Assembly: GCF_006345805.1 (NCBI RefSeq)
Contig: NC_043018.1
Span: 17,298,001 to 17,362,000, forward strand
DNA: 64,000 bases
From: Octopus sinensis
Lineage: Eukaryota
Direction: 5' to 3'
The position numbers and the translations under genes are program-made. The notes below the pieces were generated by a model. That model was not told where the DNA came from and searched no databases. It saw only the letters and a list, made by a program, of their open reading frames with translations. This document shows, one piece after another, positions 26,065 to 42,488 of the stretch; the stretch's first letter is position 1; each line of letters begins with the position of its first letter.

Positions 26065-27493
26065 TTTCTCAGTGATATTGGATCTTGTTTACAATACACC
26101 TGCACGGAAATGATCTACAAATATCCAAACTGCCCGGAGAGGCCACTTCACTTGCTAAACATCACACTTTCACACTTATTTGTATTTCGGTTTTTAATTT
26201 CTTTCATTTGGTGTTCATGATAAGAACTTCACAATAAACTGATAGATCTTCATTATGATGTAATTTATCTTAATTAAAAATTATTCAAGATCATCGGATA
26301 ATGTGAAAAGCACTTAGCGGCATATTTAAAATATTAAGTGTTTGGGAAAACAGTTAATGGGACCAAATTATCTTTGCAAATCTGTGAAACAAAGGAGATA
26401 AACCGTCTCAATGACAGTGTATTTCTTTCGACGCAGATCATAACACTAATACAGCGATCGATGATGTGTTCGTCAACTTTTGGCACTACTCACAAATGCT
26501 ATAAAAAGTAATTTATTGAATATACTAACGAAATGCGTTTATCGTATCCAGAGTGAAATATATTTATTGCCAGTTAATATGTTGAAAACTAAGACTAGCC
26601 TCAACATAATGACTCTGTTTCGCATAACGATCGCTGTACAAATAAAGAGAGCCAGAAAGGAAACAAGAAACTAATAAATACAAAGAATCAAGTTGTAAAA
26701 AGCGCTGTGGCACGGGAGAATGATGGCAAATAATTTTTGAGAAATGATTTATTTCCAGAATAAGCAATTTAGATGCAAAGAAGGTCAGTGGAATTTGATT
26801 AACGAGCAATTTCAGAAACCGCGGCGTTGCTGGCTTAAAGGTTGAAGTAATTAGTTGATTGACTTAGTGCGGCAACGTTTAACAGAAGAACTATTAGAAT
26901 GCCAACCAAATGTGACATTCGTGCTTTGAAGAGGCAATTGGAAATCTGGCAGAATGCCTGAGAGGTCAAAAACTCAAACGTTTCAAGAAACCTTTCAAAA
27001 TAACATATTTAAATTCAGGTTTAATAAAGAAATAGTTCTGAAAGTGTTTTATTGATTTCTAGTTTTTAACCATAGCAATATTTAAAATACCAAATTTCAT
27101 TAGGCATTCTCTTTAAACGCTTGATATAGTACTTTACAAACAATTTTTTTGTTGTAAGCTTGTATGGTTAGCCTGGCACCCTAGCGGTCTGGACATCTTG
27201 CGTTTTGTAGAGGTAATGACCATTGAAAGCAACGAACCTGAAAAACAGAAAAGATAAAGTAAGATCTGCCAACTTCAACCCGGGTCACTACAGCTACATC
27301 TGTTTTTTTTTTCAAATACAACAGTGTGAGGTCGCTTGTTTCATTCATAGAGCTTATTTCTTGGTCACCAACAAAACTGCCATAAGTTACACAGGGACAC
27401 AAGAATATATACACTAGATTTGGAATTGCCGACGGCGAGGAGCGTATTTATACATATGTTTATATATATAAACCTTCTAATATATATATATAT

Positions 27494-27545
<52 letters not shown>

Positions 27546-27767
27546 GTATGTATATATGTATGTATATATGTATGTATGCGTGGGTATTTATTTACTTTAT
27601 CATTAGTTCTAATTAAAAATTAATTATGATGTATTATTAGTTCTACACAGAAATAATTTTTCAACTTTTCCATTGTAATTCAGACGGGTAATTATAGGAT
27701 TATCCGTTATTGTCCACATTACCGCCACTTCTTCCTTCCGGCTATTCGTTTGAACTTTCTCTGTAAA

Positions 27768-27991
27768 ATTCTTCTTCTTCTTCTCTTCTTTTCTTCTTCT
27801 TCTTCTTCTTTCTTCTTCTTCTTCTTCTTCTCCTTCTTCTTCTTCTTCTTCTCTTCTTCTTCTTCTCTTCTTCTTCTTCTTATTCTTCTTCTTCTTCTCT
27901 TCTTCTTCTCTTCTTCTTCTTCTTCTCCTTCTTCTTCTTCTTCGTCTTCTTCTTTTCTTCTTCTTCTTCTTCTTCTTCTTCTTCTTCTTCT
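27768..27991. repeat. (CTT)n polypyrimidine/polypurine microsatellite
   Basis: Direct reading; gives the poly-R/E/K ORF 27719-28030. Confidence 0.97.
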
Positions 27992-28358
27992 CCCGTATTC
28001 TCCTTTCCTTTCTACTGCTTTTTCATTCACTATCCATACTTTTATCGAAGTTTTGCATTGATGCTATATTCGCTCTGTTCATCTCAAATTCTGTTTACAT
28101 TTTCATGTTTATTTACTACTCGCGTCCTCCCGACGTAAGCAAAACTCAAGATCTGCCAGTGGCACAACATAAAAGCGAATCTTTAATGCACGTCTAAGGT
28201 AAGTATCACTCTAAATTTTAAAACTGGATATATTATATCAATTTCCCTCGGACATTTTGCATGACGTGGCTTTAAAAGCAGAGTTCATACAGAAATAACA
28301 CTAAAAATAACATTAAAAATGTATTAAAGTCCTCTTTTGCTCTTTTGCATTCTTTGTC

Positions 28359-28419
<61 letters not shown>

Positions 28420-29290
28420 AGAGAGAAAGAGAGAGAGAAGAAGTGAAAGGTGTACAGTGAACTTGCCATGGGGAGTGGAATATACAATCCATCGTCAGCG
28501 GGCAGGGAAAAAGGAGAAGATAAAAAGAGAAAAAGTCAAATAGACTTTATATCCCCTCAGCTTCAAAAACTGGCTGCAACTGATAATTTTAGTTTGTATA
28601 TACGTACGTCCAGGATGTGTAAAGTGTAATGAATACCACAGTATTCGTAAGAAACTATTCTGATATACAACATTAAAAATTAATTATGATGTATTAAAAC
28701 GTTTGAGCTAAATTAATTGCATCTGCAGTTTAGCTCTGGGTCACTGAATATTCAGAAAATCACTCGTATGTTATGATATCCGCACACGCTTGAAGCCTTC
28801 TCGTCCCATCATCCAATTAGATAATTTTTTACTTTAACCACAAACGTCTACCAAAGAGGGAATCCATTGCAGCCATTAGATGACATCATACTCTGATCGA
28901 ATTTTAATCAGTATATAGGCATCGCCATGACGACGAAATACTGATAACCATTTGATCAATGTTAATTCACACGTGACTAATAAACTAACGGAAGTAAATT
29001 AACACCCATCAGGTCGATAATGGCTTTCGATGATTTCATTTTCACTTAACAGATCAGTTATCTTAGGAATGAAAATATAGGTTCTTTTCAATAAGAAAAT
29101 CTACTGGTCGCTCTGCCATATGAATGATATAATACTAAAACGATTTCCAATTATTTGTTTTTGCAGACACATTACATATGTATGAGCTTATGGAGATGAA
29201 CGTGGGTGAATAATTGAGCGTGCGAATAGATGTACAAATATACAAATATTTATTGTGGTACATATATTCCATATGTATTAGTATTATATA

Positions 29291-29359
<69 letters not shown>

Positions 29360-29445
29360 CGTATATATATATATATACAGATAAATTCCTCTATTTACAT
29401 AATATTGAGGTATCTTTCTTTCTGTTGTTATCTTACTGTTTCTAC

Positions 29446-29529
<84 letters not shown>

Positions 29530-31890
29530 GCATGTGTGTGTATGTTTGTGTTTGTGTGTGTGTGTTTTTAAAATATTATCTCTACACTCATGTTTCTTCC
29601 AAAGTTTCTTACACTGTGAATTCAAAAGGCGTGTTCTTTTCTTTTTTAATCTGAATGTCTTTTTATATATAACTTGCATGTTTGTCGTATTGTTTTCGGT
29701 CGTAAGAGTTTTTCCTAAGTTCCATGTTTTTTTAACTTGCAAGACTTCTATATTTTGTTTGGACCCATTAGAAATACCGCATAAATGAAGTATTCATAAT
29801 TTTGTTAGAGAACAAAATTAGTTACAAATCAAGCTGATCGATGCTGTTCTCTATTTTGCGTGGACGTTTACCTTTTACACGAATTACAAATGCTCCAATT
29901 TCTGCGAAGTTTACCAGTATCATTTTATTTACGTAACTGTAAGACTTAACGTCAAAAGATTAAGAGTCCCTGATGAAACGCGTAATATTTTGACAACATT
30001 ATGTCAATCATAAACTGATTCTGTTACTCATATTTTTTTTTCGTGTACTCACTGGTGTTCCACGATACACCAGATTCTTCATAAATCCTAGTAAGATATA
30101 TGTACGAAATATTAAGTAATTGATTCTCTCGGTAGGTTATGTTTTTTTTTTACTTTGCTGACACGTGACTTTAATTTCAGCGTCCCTATTCATATATCGG
30201 CAGTATTGTAACATTTATAAATTTATATTTACTTCAGTCGCTGTGTGATTTTCTACATTGGGAATGAATACAAAATTTAATCATCATGCCAAAGATAGTA
30301 TTGTTTATCATCACAAAACCGGGGCTGAGATAAAGTTTTAGAAATCTCTGCAATTCCTAAAAGAATCATTTTATTTCGTTGTAACAGCAGTCCACGTTAA
30401 TAATGAGTATTTCTATGTAATTCTAGAATTTTGAAAATCATTATGGATTAGTGAGAATTAATGGATGAATGAATAAGTGTTCAAATATTGATATTTCACA
30501 TCGATCCTCCAGAAACGATTTTTTTGAAAAAAGTGTTTTATATCTAAATTCTATAAAGCCTATAATCTTTGTAGATTAGTGAGGGGATCTCTTTGATTAC
30601 TCAGTTAATTATTAAGCATATAATAATTTCTATTTTCTATCCCAGATGCAAAATATTGAACGAAATGAACGAAATCAATTTAGCTATCGTTCATAGACGA
30701 CATTTATGTAGAATGTTCCAAGGCATATCACTATAAAATTGGTCGCGATAATATTTCTATTTGTAACAAAGGCCACAGAAATTTATCGGTGCATTTCACA
30801 TTTTTTGCTACTGAAGGCTATCCGGCAACTCACAACCAATAATCTATGCTAGGCATTCATATGGAACGCGGTTTTTAGAAAGGCTGCTGGCTTCTTCCCA
30901 TTTCGAATTAATTGCTGATTTGAAACAAAAATTCTTATTAACACTAGACATAGTTTAAAAGCATATCGTCCTTTGTTAGAAGTATAACGTGTGAGAGTGA
31001 AATCGATAATTTGAAAATGCGATTTAACAGCAATAATAATAATGGTATTTCTTTCAATAACAATAACAACAATTTAAGTAACAAATGGTATATTTGTTCT
31101 TACGACTTGCACTTTTCAGTAGATTTACAATAAAATTTCGGTTTTGGTGAGATTATAGCACAACTGGAATACAAAAACCGGGCAAGCTGTTTTATATCCA
31201 TAAATTATAGAGGACTACTCAAATATTCCATTGATTTCTTCTGCCACGGAAATAAACAACAGTAAAAAAAAAAACGAAAATAAAACCAGTAAATATGTCG
31301 GCCGAAGGATAAGAAAAATAAATCAATTTTCTGATGGTAAATGGGTGAAGAGATCTGTGAAAGAATGTTACTAGAACTAATGAACAATGTGGTACACACA
31401 TTATTATATTTAATGTTTTCTGTTCATTGCTATAATGTGCATGGTCACATGTATGGGTGGGAGGCAGCGTGTGTGTCCTACTAAGTGTTTATCTGTCTGC
31501 CTTTATGCGTTTGTGTTTGAACAGTGTGTCGATTTGCAAGTTTTGTTTTATATTTATTAAAACGTATATTTCTCTCTTCGATATTTCCATCTGTCAGATA
31601 TTTCAATAAAGCCATTTAATTACGATATACTAAGGTATGGTGGGCAGATCGTGCAAAAGAAGATTTTCATGAATAATAGCTTCTGCTGGAAGCCTCAATA
31701 AAACGACGTTAGTGGTCTCCAAAAGAGAACGTCACCCACCCACTCACACCCGCTCGCCCCCACTTACCCGCTACTCACCCACACACACACACACGCACAG
31801 ACACATGCATTTATATGGCTGTGTGCGAATCTGTATTCATATGTATACGTATATGTATATATATAAGTATGTATATATATATATATATAA

Positions 31891-31931
<41 letters not shown>

Positions 31932-31932
31932 A

Positions 31933-31991
<59 letters not shown>

Positions 31992-32100
31992 GTATATGCG
32001 TATGTGTGTATTTATTTGTTTCTTATAAAAATCTATTTCTGCATATATATTTTCATATATAGTATTATTATATATATATATATTTATATAATATATATAT

Positions 32101-32142
<42 letters not shown>

Positions 32143-33375
32143 GTGTATGTGTGTGTGTATGTATGCTTGCGTGTGTGGCTGTACGTGTGCGTGCGTCTAC
32201 TTGCATTTATACTTGCTTATAAATGCGCGTATTTTTAAGGGTGGAGTGTTTTTCATATCTTTTGGATGTCTCAATAGAACATTAAATTGATTTTCTTCTC
32301 TCAGTTTGAAGAGGCCTCACCAAAAATAAAATGAAATATAGTAACTAAATATTCTTTGTGAATACACAAACACCCACACCACCGCATGCGCACACAAAGA
32401 CACATAATCAGACACACACATAGACACATGCAAGCACGTCCACACCTCCACGAACGCATGCTCACAAATATAAAACAGTTACGAATAAGTAATATAAAAT
32501 AATTTCAAGTAGCTTCTTGGAGGAAGATCGAAGAGACTGGTAATTATTGAACTAAAGTGATTATTTGACTTGCACCAGCTTTCATGGAAAGAAATGAAGT
32601 TGAAGAGAGAGGACGCATCGAACACACTGAGGAACAAACAAATAAATCAACACAAAAAAAAAAATAAATATCAACAATGAAATAAAATATATCGACCACC
32701 ACAGAAGCATAAAGAAGAAGAAAGGTCGGTTTGAATGAATGCAGAAATGGATGATAGAAAGACTGAAAAGAGAAAACGAAAAATGAAGGAGGGAAAGAAT
32801 TGAAAGAGTTTCGAAGAATTCTTTCGTTGGAGATTAACGTTTTTTTTTGTTTTTTTTTTCACTTCTTCATTTATTGACAGATACTGGTTTACTTAAACTG
32901 TCGACTGAAATTTCTACATTCAATTCGTCGATTTTAATGAGTGGGTATTCATTTGCCAATTATTTCCGTTTTACCTTCTCTTTCTGGTTCTTGTCTTTTT
33001 GCGTTCAAATTCCGCTGAAGACAACTTTCATTCACTTTCTCACCGATTCGATTTGAAAAATGACTAGACATATACTAATTCAATATTATCTACTAATTCT
33101 CTGCTCTCAAAACTATTAGCCTTCTTGCTAAGTCAGACGTGATAAATTCAAAGCGAAGCAAATCTCTTAGATGTTTTCATTCTCATGGTGACGACGAGAA
33201 AGCAGCACCACATTATCACTGGATTCACAACAATATCCACTATGAAAACCAGCCATTATATCAGGTGATTGAAACATAGGTTGTGAAAAAGGCTTCGTAT
33301 CAATAAAATCTAAACGGAAACGAACGCCCGGGAATACACATATTGAATCACCCTTCCCACAATTCTTCCGATATA

Positions 33376-33785
33376 GGCGCAGGAGTGGCTGTGTGGTAAG
33401 TAACTTGCTAACCAACCACATGGTTCCGGGTTCAGTTCCACTGCGTGGCATCTTGGGCAAGTGTCTTCTGCTATAGCCCTGGGCCGACCAATGCCTTGTG
33501 AGTGGATTTGGTAGACGGAAACTGAAAGAAGCATGTCGTGTATGTGTGTATATATATGTGTGTATATGTGTGTGTTTGTGTGTCTGTGTTTGTACCTCTA
33601 GCATTGCTTGACAACCGATGCTGGTGTGTTTATGTCCCTGTAACTTAGCGGTTCGGCAAAAGAGACCTATAGAATAAGTACTGGGCTTACAAAGAATAAG
33701 TCCCGGGGTCGATTTGCTCGACCAAAGGCGGTGCTCCAGCATGGCGGCAGTCAAATGACTGAAACAAGTAAAAGAGTAAAGAGTA
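33376..33785 (+). mobile_element. SINE family C with an internal (TG/TA) microsatellite
   Basis: Head GGAGTGGCTGTGTGGTAAG..GGTTCAGTTCC, CORE-like CTTGGGCAAGTG, internal (TG/TA), 3' AAAGAGTA repeats; other copies at 48935 and 59082. Confidence 0.9.
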
Positions 33786-34644
33786 TAGTAGTGAATGTTT
33801 CTGACTTTTAAATCACAACTGCATTTACTAAGATTCGCGAAATTACATTTTCTACTAAACATAATGAAGACGAATAATTATGTAGATTTCCAACTTGGAG
33901 CAGACGAACCTAAGTAATAATACCTAAAATCCCCTGTTAAGGCCTGATATTCATACACTAAATTCTTCCTTAAACACTGATCTTGTAAAGGACACGACAT
34001 TTTATTTTTGAGGTTACAGAGGCATTTATTCATTGAGCGCTGCATACTCTGAGATCCTGAATTCCATCCCTATTTCCTTGCTGCACATCTGCACCAGTCT
34101 CAACCAGCTTTTCTACTCCAGGATCTACTTTTGTGAACACTTTTAAATGATCTTTAAACAGGTGGTTGAAACCATCCCCGTTCGATTTTCATATATTGTC
34201 GAAAACGAAAAGTTTTCTGTATGAAAATGGTTCCATTCTCTGTGACACTGCTTTTCTCAATCCACGCCCTTCCTTCACTCAATTTATCTCTCTAAATCTC
34301 TCTCTTCTCCCGCTCACTCTACTCTCACCCCTTCATGTCTTCTTGCCCCTACTTGCACTCCTGCGTTTAATACGTTGTATTTCTCTTATCTCTCAGCGCT
34401 ATCTATTACCCCACACACACTCTCTCTCTCTCTGACTCCCTCTTACTTCCTCATCTTTGCCGCTTTTCCTCTCACTTCAACTATACTTACTCTGCTTCAG
34501 TCCATCCCCTCTCTCCCATTTTGCCACTCACTGCTTAACACCATTTATTTATTTCTTTTTGTACCTCTCCTTTCAACCTTTTTACCTTTACCTTTTAAGT
34601 GTGACAAACACCACAGTTACCTACCAAAACACAAACACTAAGCG

Positions 34645-34659
34645 TATTATTATTATTAA

Positions 34660-34708
<49 letters not shown>
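34645..34708. repeat. (ATT)n tract at the 3' end of the R4/Dong element
   Basis: Direct reading. Confidence 0.95.
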
Positions 34709-34709
<1 letters not shown>

Positions 34710-35945
34710 GAAAAACCACAGCATATTTTGCTGTGTATGATGGAAAGTGTCTGCTGTCCACAACCAGCAGACGATGGTGACACTTGGTTACTGGTCATAC
34801 TTCAAGAACCCTGCGAAGAATTCTTGCAGTCCCAAGCAATGCTGGTTGTTTTTAGGTGTTATACCTTCACACTTGTACCACTCATTTTCAGCCATGTTGG
34901 TAGCTGAGTACTGATCCTTCCAAGTGAACCAATCACTATTGGTATCGCTTCTTCTCTATTCATTGACTTCAAACATTGTACTTCCCACTTCAATTCGTCA
35001 TTGTCCTTTATATTTCCTTCTTCTTCTTCCACATGAATCCTGATGTCGCCGGGGCAAGCTATGTCGATTATCATGCGTGTTCTTTCTCTTCAATCATCAC
35101 AACAATGTCTGGTTTCCAATAATTGGTCGGGTGATCGCACTGGACCATTGCATCCCACAGGATTTTGCAAATTCCCTTTTTCGGGGACTCCTTGTAGTGT
35201 TAGTTCATACCACGTTATTTCTCTTTGTAGGCCGTGATTTCCAAACAGCTCCCAATGGATTATATTTGCCACGTTGTCATAGTGTATTTTGTATTCGCAT
35301 TGTGCCAGTTCGGGGCATTCGCTAATGACGTGCCATAACGCTTCACCCCTCTCACCACACATTCTGCATTTGTCGCTATCGGCAGTGTTGCCCATTCTGC
35401 ACTTTATATAGTTAGTCCTTATTTCTTGTTCCTGAGCTGCGCATATGAATGCTTCCGTCTCTATCTTCAGGTCATTCCTCCTCATCCATATCACTGATCT
35501 TCTATATCTGTCTTGACGTTCACATCTCTTCCAAATTAATCATACATTTTCTTTTCCTTCCATGCTTTTTCTTTTTTTCTATTGTTCATTTCTTGCTTAA
35601 TTTTTTTTCATTACACAATTTTTGGATGAGGCCGGCCTTCTCGTTTGTTTTAACAGTGGCTCCATGGCATATTTATAAACCATATTAAGCTGTTTTCCTC
35701 TACTTCGATACAGTCCTCGCAACTGACCATGCCCCTGCAACTCTTTCGTCTGGACAAGTACAGACTGTCGGTGTCACTCTTAGGATAGAAAGCTCCGTGT
35801 ACTGTCAACATTTTTCCGGTCTTCGTATCCATTTTCTTCACTTTTCTCTTTTGCCATTTTATAATTCTCGCTCCATACGAAAGTGATGCGATCGTCCCCA
35901 TGTTAACAGCTTGGATTTTATTCCACCCACTGAAATATGGACAGA
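34709..35945 (-). mobile_element. R4/Dong-clade non-LTR retrotransposon, 5'-truncated and degenerate
   Basis: ORF pieces GWNKIQAVN..MDTKTGKMLTVHGAFYPKSDTDSLYLSRR; LKIETEAFICAAQEQ..CRMCGERGEALWHVISEC (CCHC finger); IIDIACPGD..IPIVIGSLG (restriction-like endonuclease). Ends in (TAA)n. Confidence 0.9.
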
Positions 35946-36319
35946 TGAACGTATACATGTATACGTGTCTCTCTGGTGGCTGATGGCGTGATATATACAA
36001 ATTTTCATATAGCAAATATGTGCACCTCGCATAATATTTCTGTGACTGCTAACCAAATGTATCGGCAGCTAAGAATATGTCTCCAAATTCGGAATAACTC
36101 GAGCAACAATCGATTTATTTAATAAGCAGTGGGGTTTAGGTGTATATATTCCGGGAAATAGTCTCGTTTGAATAAACAAAAAGCTGTAAGATATTATTAG
36201 ATATGTTCACACATCCGTATATAGACATGTGTTTGTATGTATATACATACGTATATACGTATCTAATATACATATATACAATATATATAATATATATATA
36301 TGCCTATGTAAGACTATGT

Positions 36320-36323
36320 GCTC

Positions 36324-36409
<86 letters not shown>

Positions 36410-36690
36410 ATATATATAATATTATTATATCACATATATGTGTATATACATATAATTGCAAGCGTACATACTTTAATAGTTACAGACATACCCCCACACA
36501 CACACGCACACACATACATACATACATACATATATACATACATACATAAATACATACATACAAATACATACATACATGCATACATACATACATACATACA
36601 TACATACATACATACAACATGCATGCTTGCATACATACATACATACATACATACATACATACATACATACATACATACATACATACACAA
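36320..36690. repeat. (TA)n and (CATA)n microsatellites
   Basis: Direct reading. Confidence 0.93.
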
Positions 36691-37327
36691 ATGCATACAT
36701 ATTTGTGGTGTGTAGTAAGGAGATAGAATCAGAAATATCTATCGATAAATTATCGAAAATTGAAGCCGAATATGAATAGTTGCTTTTCGAATTGTATAAA
36801 TATTAATATCGCTAGAAATTACATATATATTGTGATAAACATGAATCCAGGCATCGCGAATTGGTTTTGCGTTCATGGTATATTATCAGGTTACTCACAA
36901 GTCGATTATACTTCTGTCCTATATATCTGCAGACGAAATCATAGTTACTGATTTCATATCACATAATTCGTTCCAAACAGTTTTTGTTACCAAAATAATG
37001 GATTATTGGTAATTCCATCAAGCGGGATGAAACCAACACAATTTTCTCTATACTTTCCGTACCAGCATGGTTTAATAGCCCCTCTTTTATTTCATTCGAT
37101 TTTCTCCTTTTCGTTTATAGAGTTTCGTGGCATAACCACATTTATTTTTTGATAAGACGTACAAATAGCATAAATGCATACAAGTTCCCATGCAGACTCC
37201 CATGTGCGTATTTTGTTTTCTTCCATTCACTTTCTGTTTTTTCTTATCCTATCGATCTCTTTCTTATAAGTGGGTAAACATATACGAAGAGATAGATAAT
37301 TGGTTACATATACACACATATAAGAGC

Positions 37328-37890
<563 letters not shown>

Positions 37891-38599
37891 ATGCGTTCGT
37901 ATGTATTAATCTGTGCATGTTGTATTTATGTTCGTACATCTTCACGAACAAAATATTTACTACTTAAGGAAGACGAGGATAGTGGATAGACTCGCATTAT
38001 GACGGAGAAGAAAACAGCTAAAAAACATCTTCGCTTTGCAAATAATATTACAAGAATTGTTGAGAGAACTACGTGGCTGGATTGTTACTGACAACATTAA
38101 TAACTGAAAATGAAGAAGGTAACGTACCGTGTCGGATCGGGAAGTGTTGATTCAGTTTTTTTCAGAAACTTCTCTTTAGACTTGGTTTTCTAACTCATAG
38201 TCGTATAAATGTTATTACACTTGTTTCTTACTCAATATCAAATACGAAAGCAACTATGCTAGAAATACGGAAATTTTAACATAAAACGATCATGTCAGAA
38301 CTGAAGTCGATTTATTGATTACAGTAATGGTCGCCCTATATTGCTAGACTTAGGTTTATATTAGAAATTATTATTATTATTTCATATATGCACAAAATGT
38401 CAGACTGCTGGAAAAAGTTCCAGCCATCAAGTTATAATCCCCATATACGAAAGGTGGTGATCGTTTTACCGAGGCAGTTTTATTCACATCCAGTTCTGTT
38501 TCGCATAACAACTATAGGCATCACCGCCAGGTAGAAAAGGATTGGAGACAGTGAGTTTCCTTGGAATATCCCTCTTAGCAAAGATAAAATAGCAATAGC

Positions 38600-38882
38600 A
38601 GAAGAAGTGGAAGAATTTTGGAAAGAAATATGGTCGTCGAAGGAACAACCTCAGAAATGGTCTATCAAAACAACGATCACAGCATTTGAACAACTCTGGA
38701 CCATTATAAAACCTGGAAAAACTAAGCAGCTGGAAGGCACCCGAGCACGACAAGATCCCCATCTTATGGTTAAAATATCTAACAGGAACATATAAAAAAA
38801 CTGGCTGAGAAATGTAATAAAAAACTTACAGAGAAATACTAGCAGATCGAGAGAGAATACCTGAATGGCTGACAAAAGGTAA
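38600..38882 (+). mobile_element. R4/Dong-like LINE fragment just upstream of the RT domain
   Basis: EEVEEFWKEIWSS..SWKAPEHDKIPILWLKYL..ILADRERIPEWLTKGK across frameshifts, matching the pattern WKAPGPDxIxNFWLK..IPEWLTxG. Confidence 0.75.
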
Positions 38883-38999
38883 AAATTGTTGAAAATAACT
38901 GATTGAACTCAAACTTATAATAGCTTATAATTGTTTTTTTTTCTACTATGTCTGTTGGACATTCTAACTCTCCCGCATATAAAATATTCGCCTTCTTGT

Positions 39000-39170
39000 A
39001 ACTGCCTTGACGCATCTCCACTCCCCGTTGAACCTACACTCGGATGTTATTTCAAGCTCTCAAAGCGTCGGTTCAGGAATTCCATGATCCCTGTCCAACA
39101 CCACTGGATAATGCCGGCAACCGGAAGCACAGCATCCCAGCTATCTTGGAAGCTGAAGTTTTTAAAGCTA
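39000..39170 (+). mobile_element. Possible degenerate CR1-like LINE 3' ORF end
   Basis: NCL..GCYFKLSKRRFRNSMIP only loosely resembles FNCLP..GC..FKRxLDxFL..IPD. Confidence 0.3.
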
Positions 39171-39384
39171 GAATGATTGTACAGTTTAAAATAATATTGC
39201 AACGATTTTAGAATATTATATATTTTCTTTCATTAAATAATGGCAATTTTCTAAAGTGCTTAAATCAATACGCGCGCACATATGCGACGCATAAACATTC
39301 TAACCCACACTCGCATACAAACTCAACCGTACGTATGCGTATACTTGCACACAGACAAATATGTGTGTGTAGCTAGCTAGCCAG

Positions 39385-39692
<308 letters not shown>

Positions 39693-41749
39693 CATAGATA
39701 AATACATTCATACATAGAAACAAACAAACATCCATACATACTTACGTGCATGCATTCAAGTATACGTATATACACACATAAATATGTATGACTTATGGCA
39801 CTGATCTGGGAAATAAATATGTCTGCTTTCTTATTAATTCAGAGTTATAAATAGCTAAAATCGAATTATGTGAAATATTCATTCTATAGACAATTCCATT
39901 ATTAAATGGCAACCTGTGTACTGTCTTAGTGACTCTGGCATCACTTTTATTGCAAGTATGAGAAATGTTCTAAATATTTCGTATTTTCTTGGCTTATCTT
40001 TATTTTATTTATTTATTTATTTATTTTTGTCTAAATATTCAAATCGTTTTTTATTTTTTGAAATATTTCTACATTTTTTGTCAGTGATTCAGCCATTTTA
40101 TAAAAGCCATCACTGGTCCTAAACCACTATTTAAGTATATTGTTCATTGATAATATCAAAATAATGCCGAAACATATTCCATCAAGGAGTTGGGGATTCT
40201 TGTATTAAATACGTTTAAATAGTTGCTAAACAATCGGATTATGATATTTGATGTGTTTGAGAAACGTCTGTGTTCATTATCAACTGTCCGAAACAAGCTA
40301 GATAAGTGGTCGTATATAAACCACGAAATTTGAAGAAATGAATCTTTTCTGTAGAGAATTATCGGAAATACATGAATTTGATGTGTTTTGATTATATATT
40401 TCTCCCTTAAACTGATTGGAATATTTCCTTAGAATTTATCTGATGGCGTTTTCAGCCGTTAATGGTAAGCTAATCAAAAGTTTTTCAATATAGAAAGGGA
40501 GTGACACAGAGGAAGAGAGACCGAAAGACAGACAAAGCTATGAAGAAAGAAATAGAGAAAGAGTTAAATGTAATTACACGACTTACTTAATCTTGCATCC
40601 ATCATTCCTTATATAAATAGTTAAAATCTTATTTAGCAGCATATCCATTACGCAACAAATAGTTTCAATTGAAATGCTGGCCGTCTGTCATCTGATATGG
40701 GTCTTTCAGTAATTGGTCAATAGATTATTCTCTGAGATAAAACTCTGTTTAATTTGGTCTTACTGTGCAAGAATACATGGGCCTGCTAAAATTTCAGTTC
40801 CCTAGTTTATAATCCCACAACAATGAAACAAATATCTATTAAGTTGATTAATTGATCCAAGTGAAAGTTTTCAGAAGAGATTCAGCGTCGTCCACTCAGC
40901 ATTTGAAACTTAAAAATGAGACTTAATCACTCAACATTCTGATTACATCTTCTGTGACTACATCCCCAGTGTATATTGAAATTGAAAGAAAATTGCATCT
41001 AAAAACAAATATCGTTGGTTATCAAATCAAACTTCCGTGTTATATTCGAAAGTTCTGTATTATATAGGCTTAAAATATTCCATCCCTTAGCGTATTGTAG
41101 GTAATACAGAGTGGAACTGAGTGGATATATCATTAAAAAAAAACGAGCACAATTGAGAGCAGTTGCGCTTCGCAACATGTGATATTCTTGATCACGCTTT
41201 CCACAGAATTCAGTGTAGTATTTTATAAGCCTATAGCATTTATTGTGTATTTCGATAATATGATAATAGTTATACCGTTTGAATGCGATGACTTAGAGTT
41301 TCCAGACTGCTGCCCTAACGCATCCACTGAACATCGGAGAAATGTACAGGATAATTTCAGCCAAGCTAATGTTATATGAATTATATCCCATTTTAATGAT
41401 GTTGCTTGGTGATGTATATATATATTCAAAAATTGCAATAGTTTAGGACAGTTATAAGTGCTTTCCCCAAAACTTTCTAGTATGCCTCTCCTATATATAT
41501 ATATATATATATATATATAGGACCTCGAACCCACAAGTGTAAAGAAGAGACAGAGAAAGGCAGAAACAAGGAAAATGCCACTTATATTTGAACACTATAC
41601 AAATATTCTTTTAAAAAAACTTTTCTTTTAATTTTTCTAAATTTAATTATTTAATCGTTACAGTTGAAAAGGTCTCAAATGACTGAAACTGGTACTGAAA
41701 TGTTCATTATAAAATTATTTTAGCATTTTCTATCTTGACTTGTTTTTTC

Positions 41750-41807
<58 letters not shown>

Positions 41808-41820
41808 TATGTATATCTAT

Positions 41821-41904
<84 letters not shown>

Positions 41905-41909
41905 ATATA

Positions 41910-42425
41910 TGTATGTATGTATGTATATATAATTATGTGTGTGTGCATAATAAAGTATTAGGAAATTATCTTTGTAGTTGTTCGGCAAGAAATTGCTGAA
42001 AACTTATACGTCGCCTAAAGACAGGAGAGCCCATGTTGGTATTTATATATATATATGTGTGTGTGTGTGTGTATGTTTGAGCAGTATTTAGGATAGTTGA
42101 TATGTTTGTCACATATCGCAATTACTAAAAGGCAAATAGACTGCAGTTACGGTGGAGAATAAATCTCTCTTGTGGTAAAAAGGTGTGAAAACAACCAATT
42201 CGTTCAGCGTCGCTATCTTTTAGGAATCCCAGAGATCGATGTTTCAGATTTTTTAACTCTCGTCAATGACTTGTACCTAAGAGAGATAACTCTGAATGAT
42301 TTTTTTCCTCCACGGTCACTGCAGAGAATTTACCTTTTAGCAGTTGAAATATTTGACAACGTTTCAACTAGCCGAAATTCTGCTCAAACGCACGCACACA
42401 CACACACACCACACACACACACACA

Positions 42426-42488
<63 letters not shown>

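Noticed and set aside
27159-27212. 54-nt open micro-exon candidate (LVWLAWHPSGLDILRFVE)
   Set aside because: Weak AAG acceptor, unrecognised peptide and no partner exons; needs RNA-seq.
27719-28061. Highly charged R/E/K ORF
   Set aside because: Translation of the (CTT)n tract.
27612-28696. 25-bp exact direct repeat (27612-27636 and 28672-28696)
   Set aside because: Very AT-rich and short, with no element structure between the copies.
29968-29990. CTGATGAAACGCGT hammerhead-like string
   Set aside because: No stem II, no cleavage triplet and no stem I partner.
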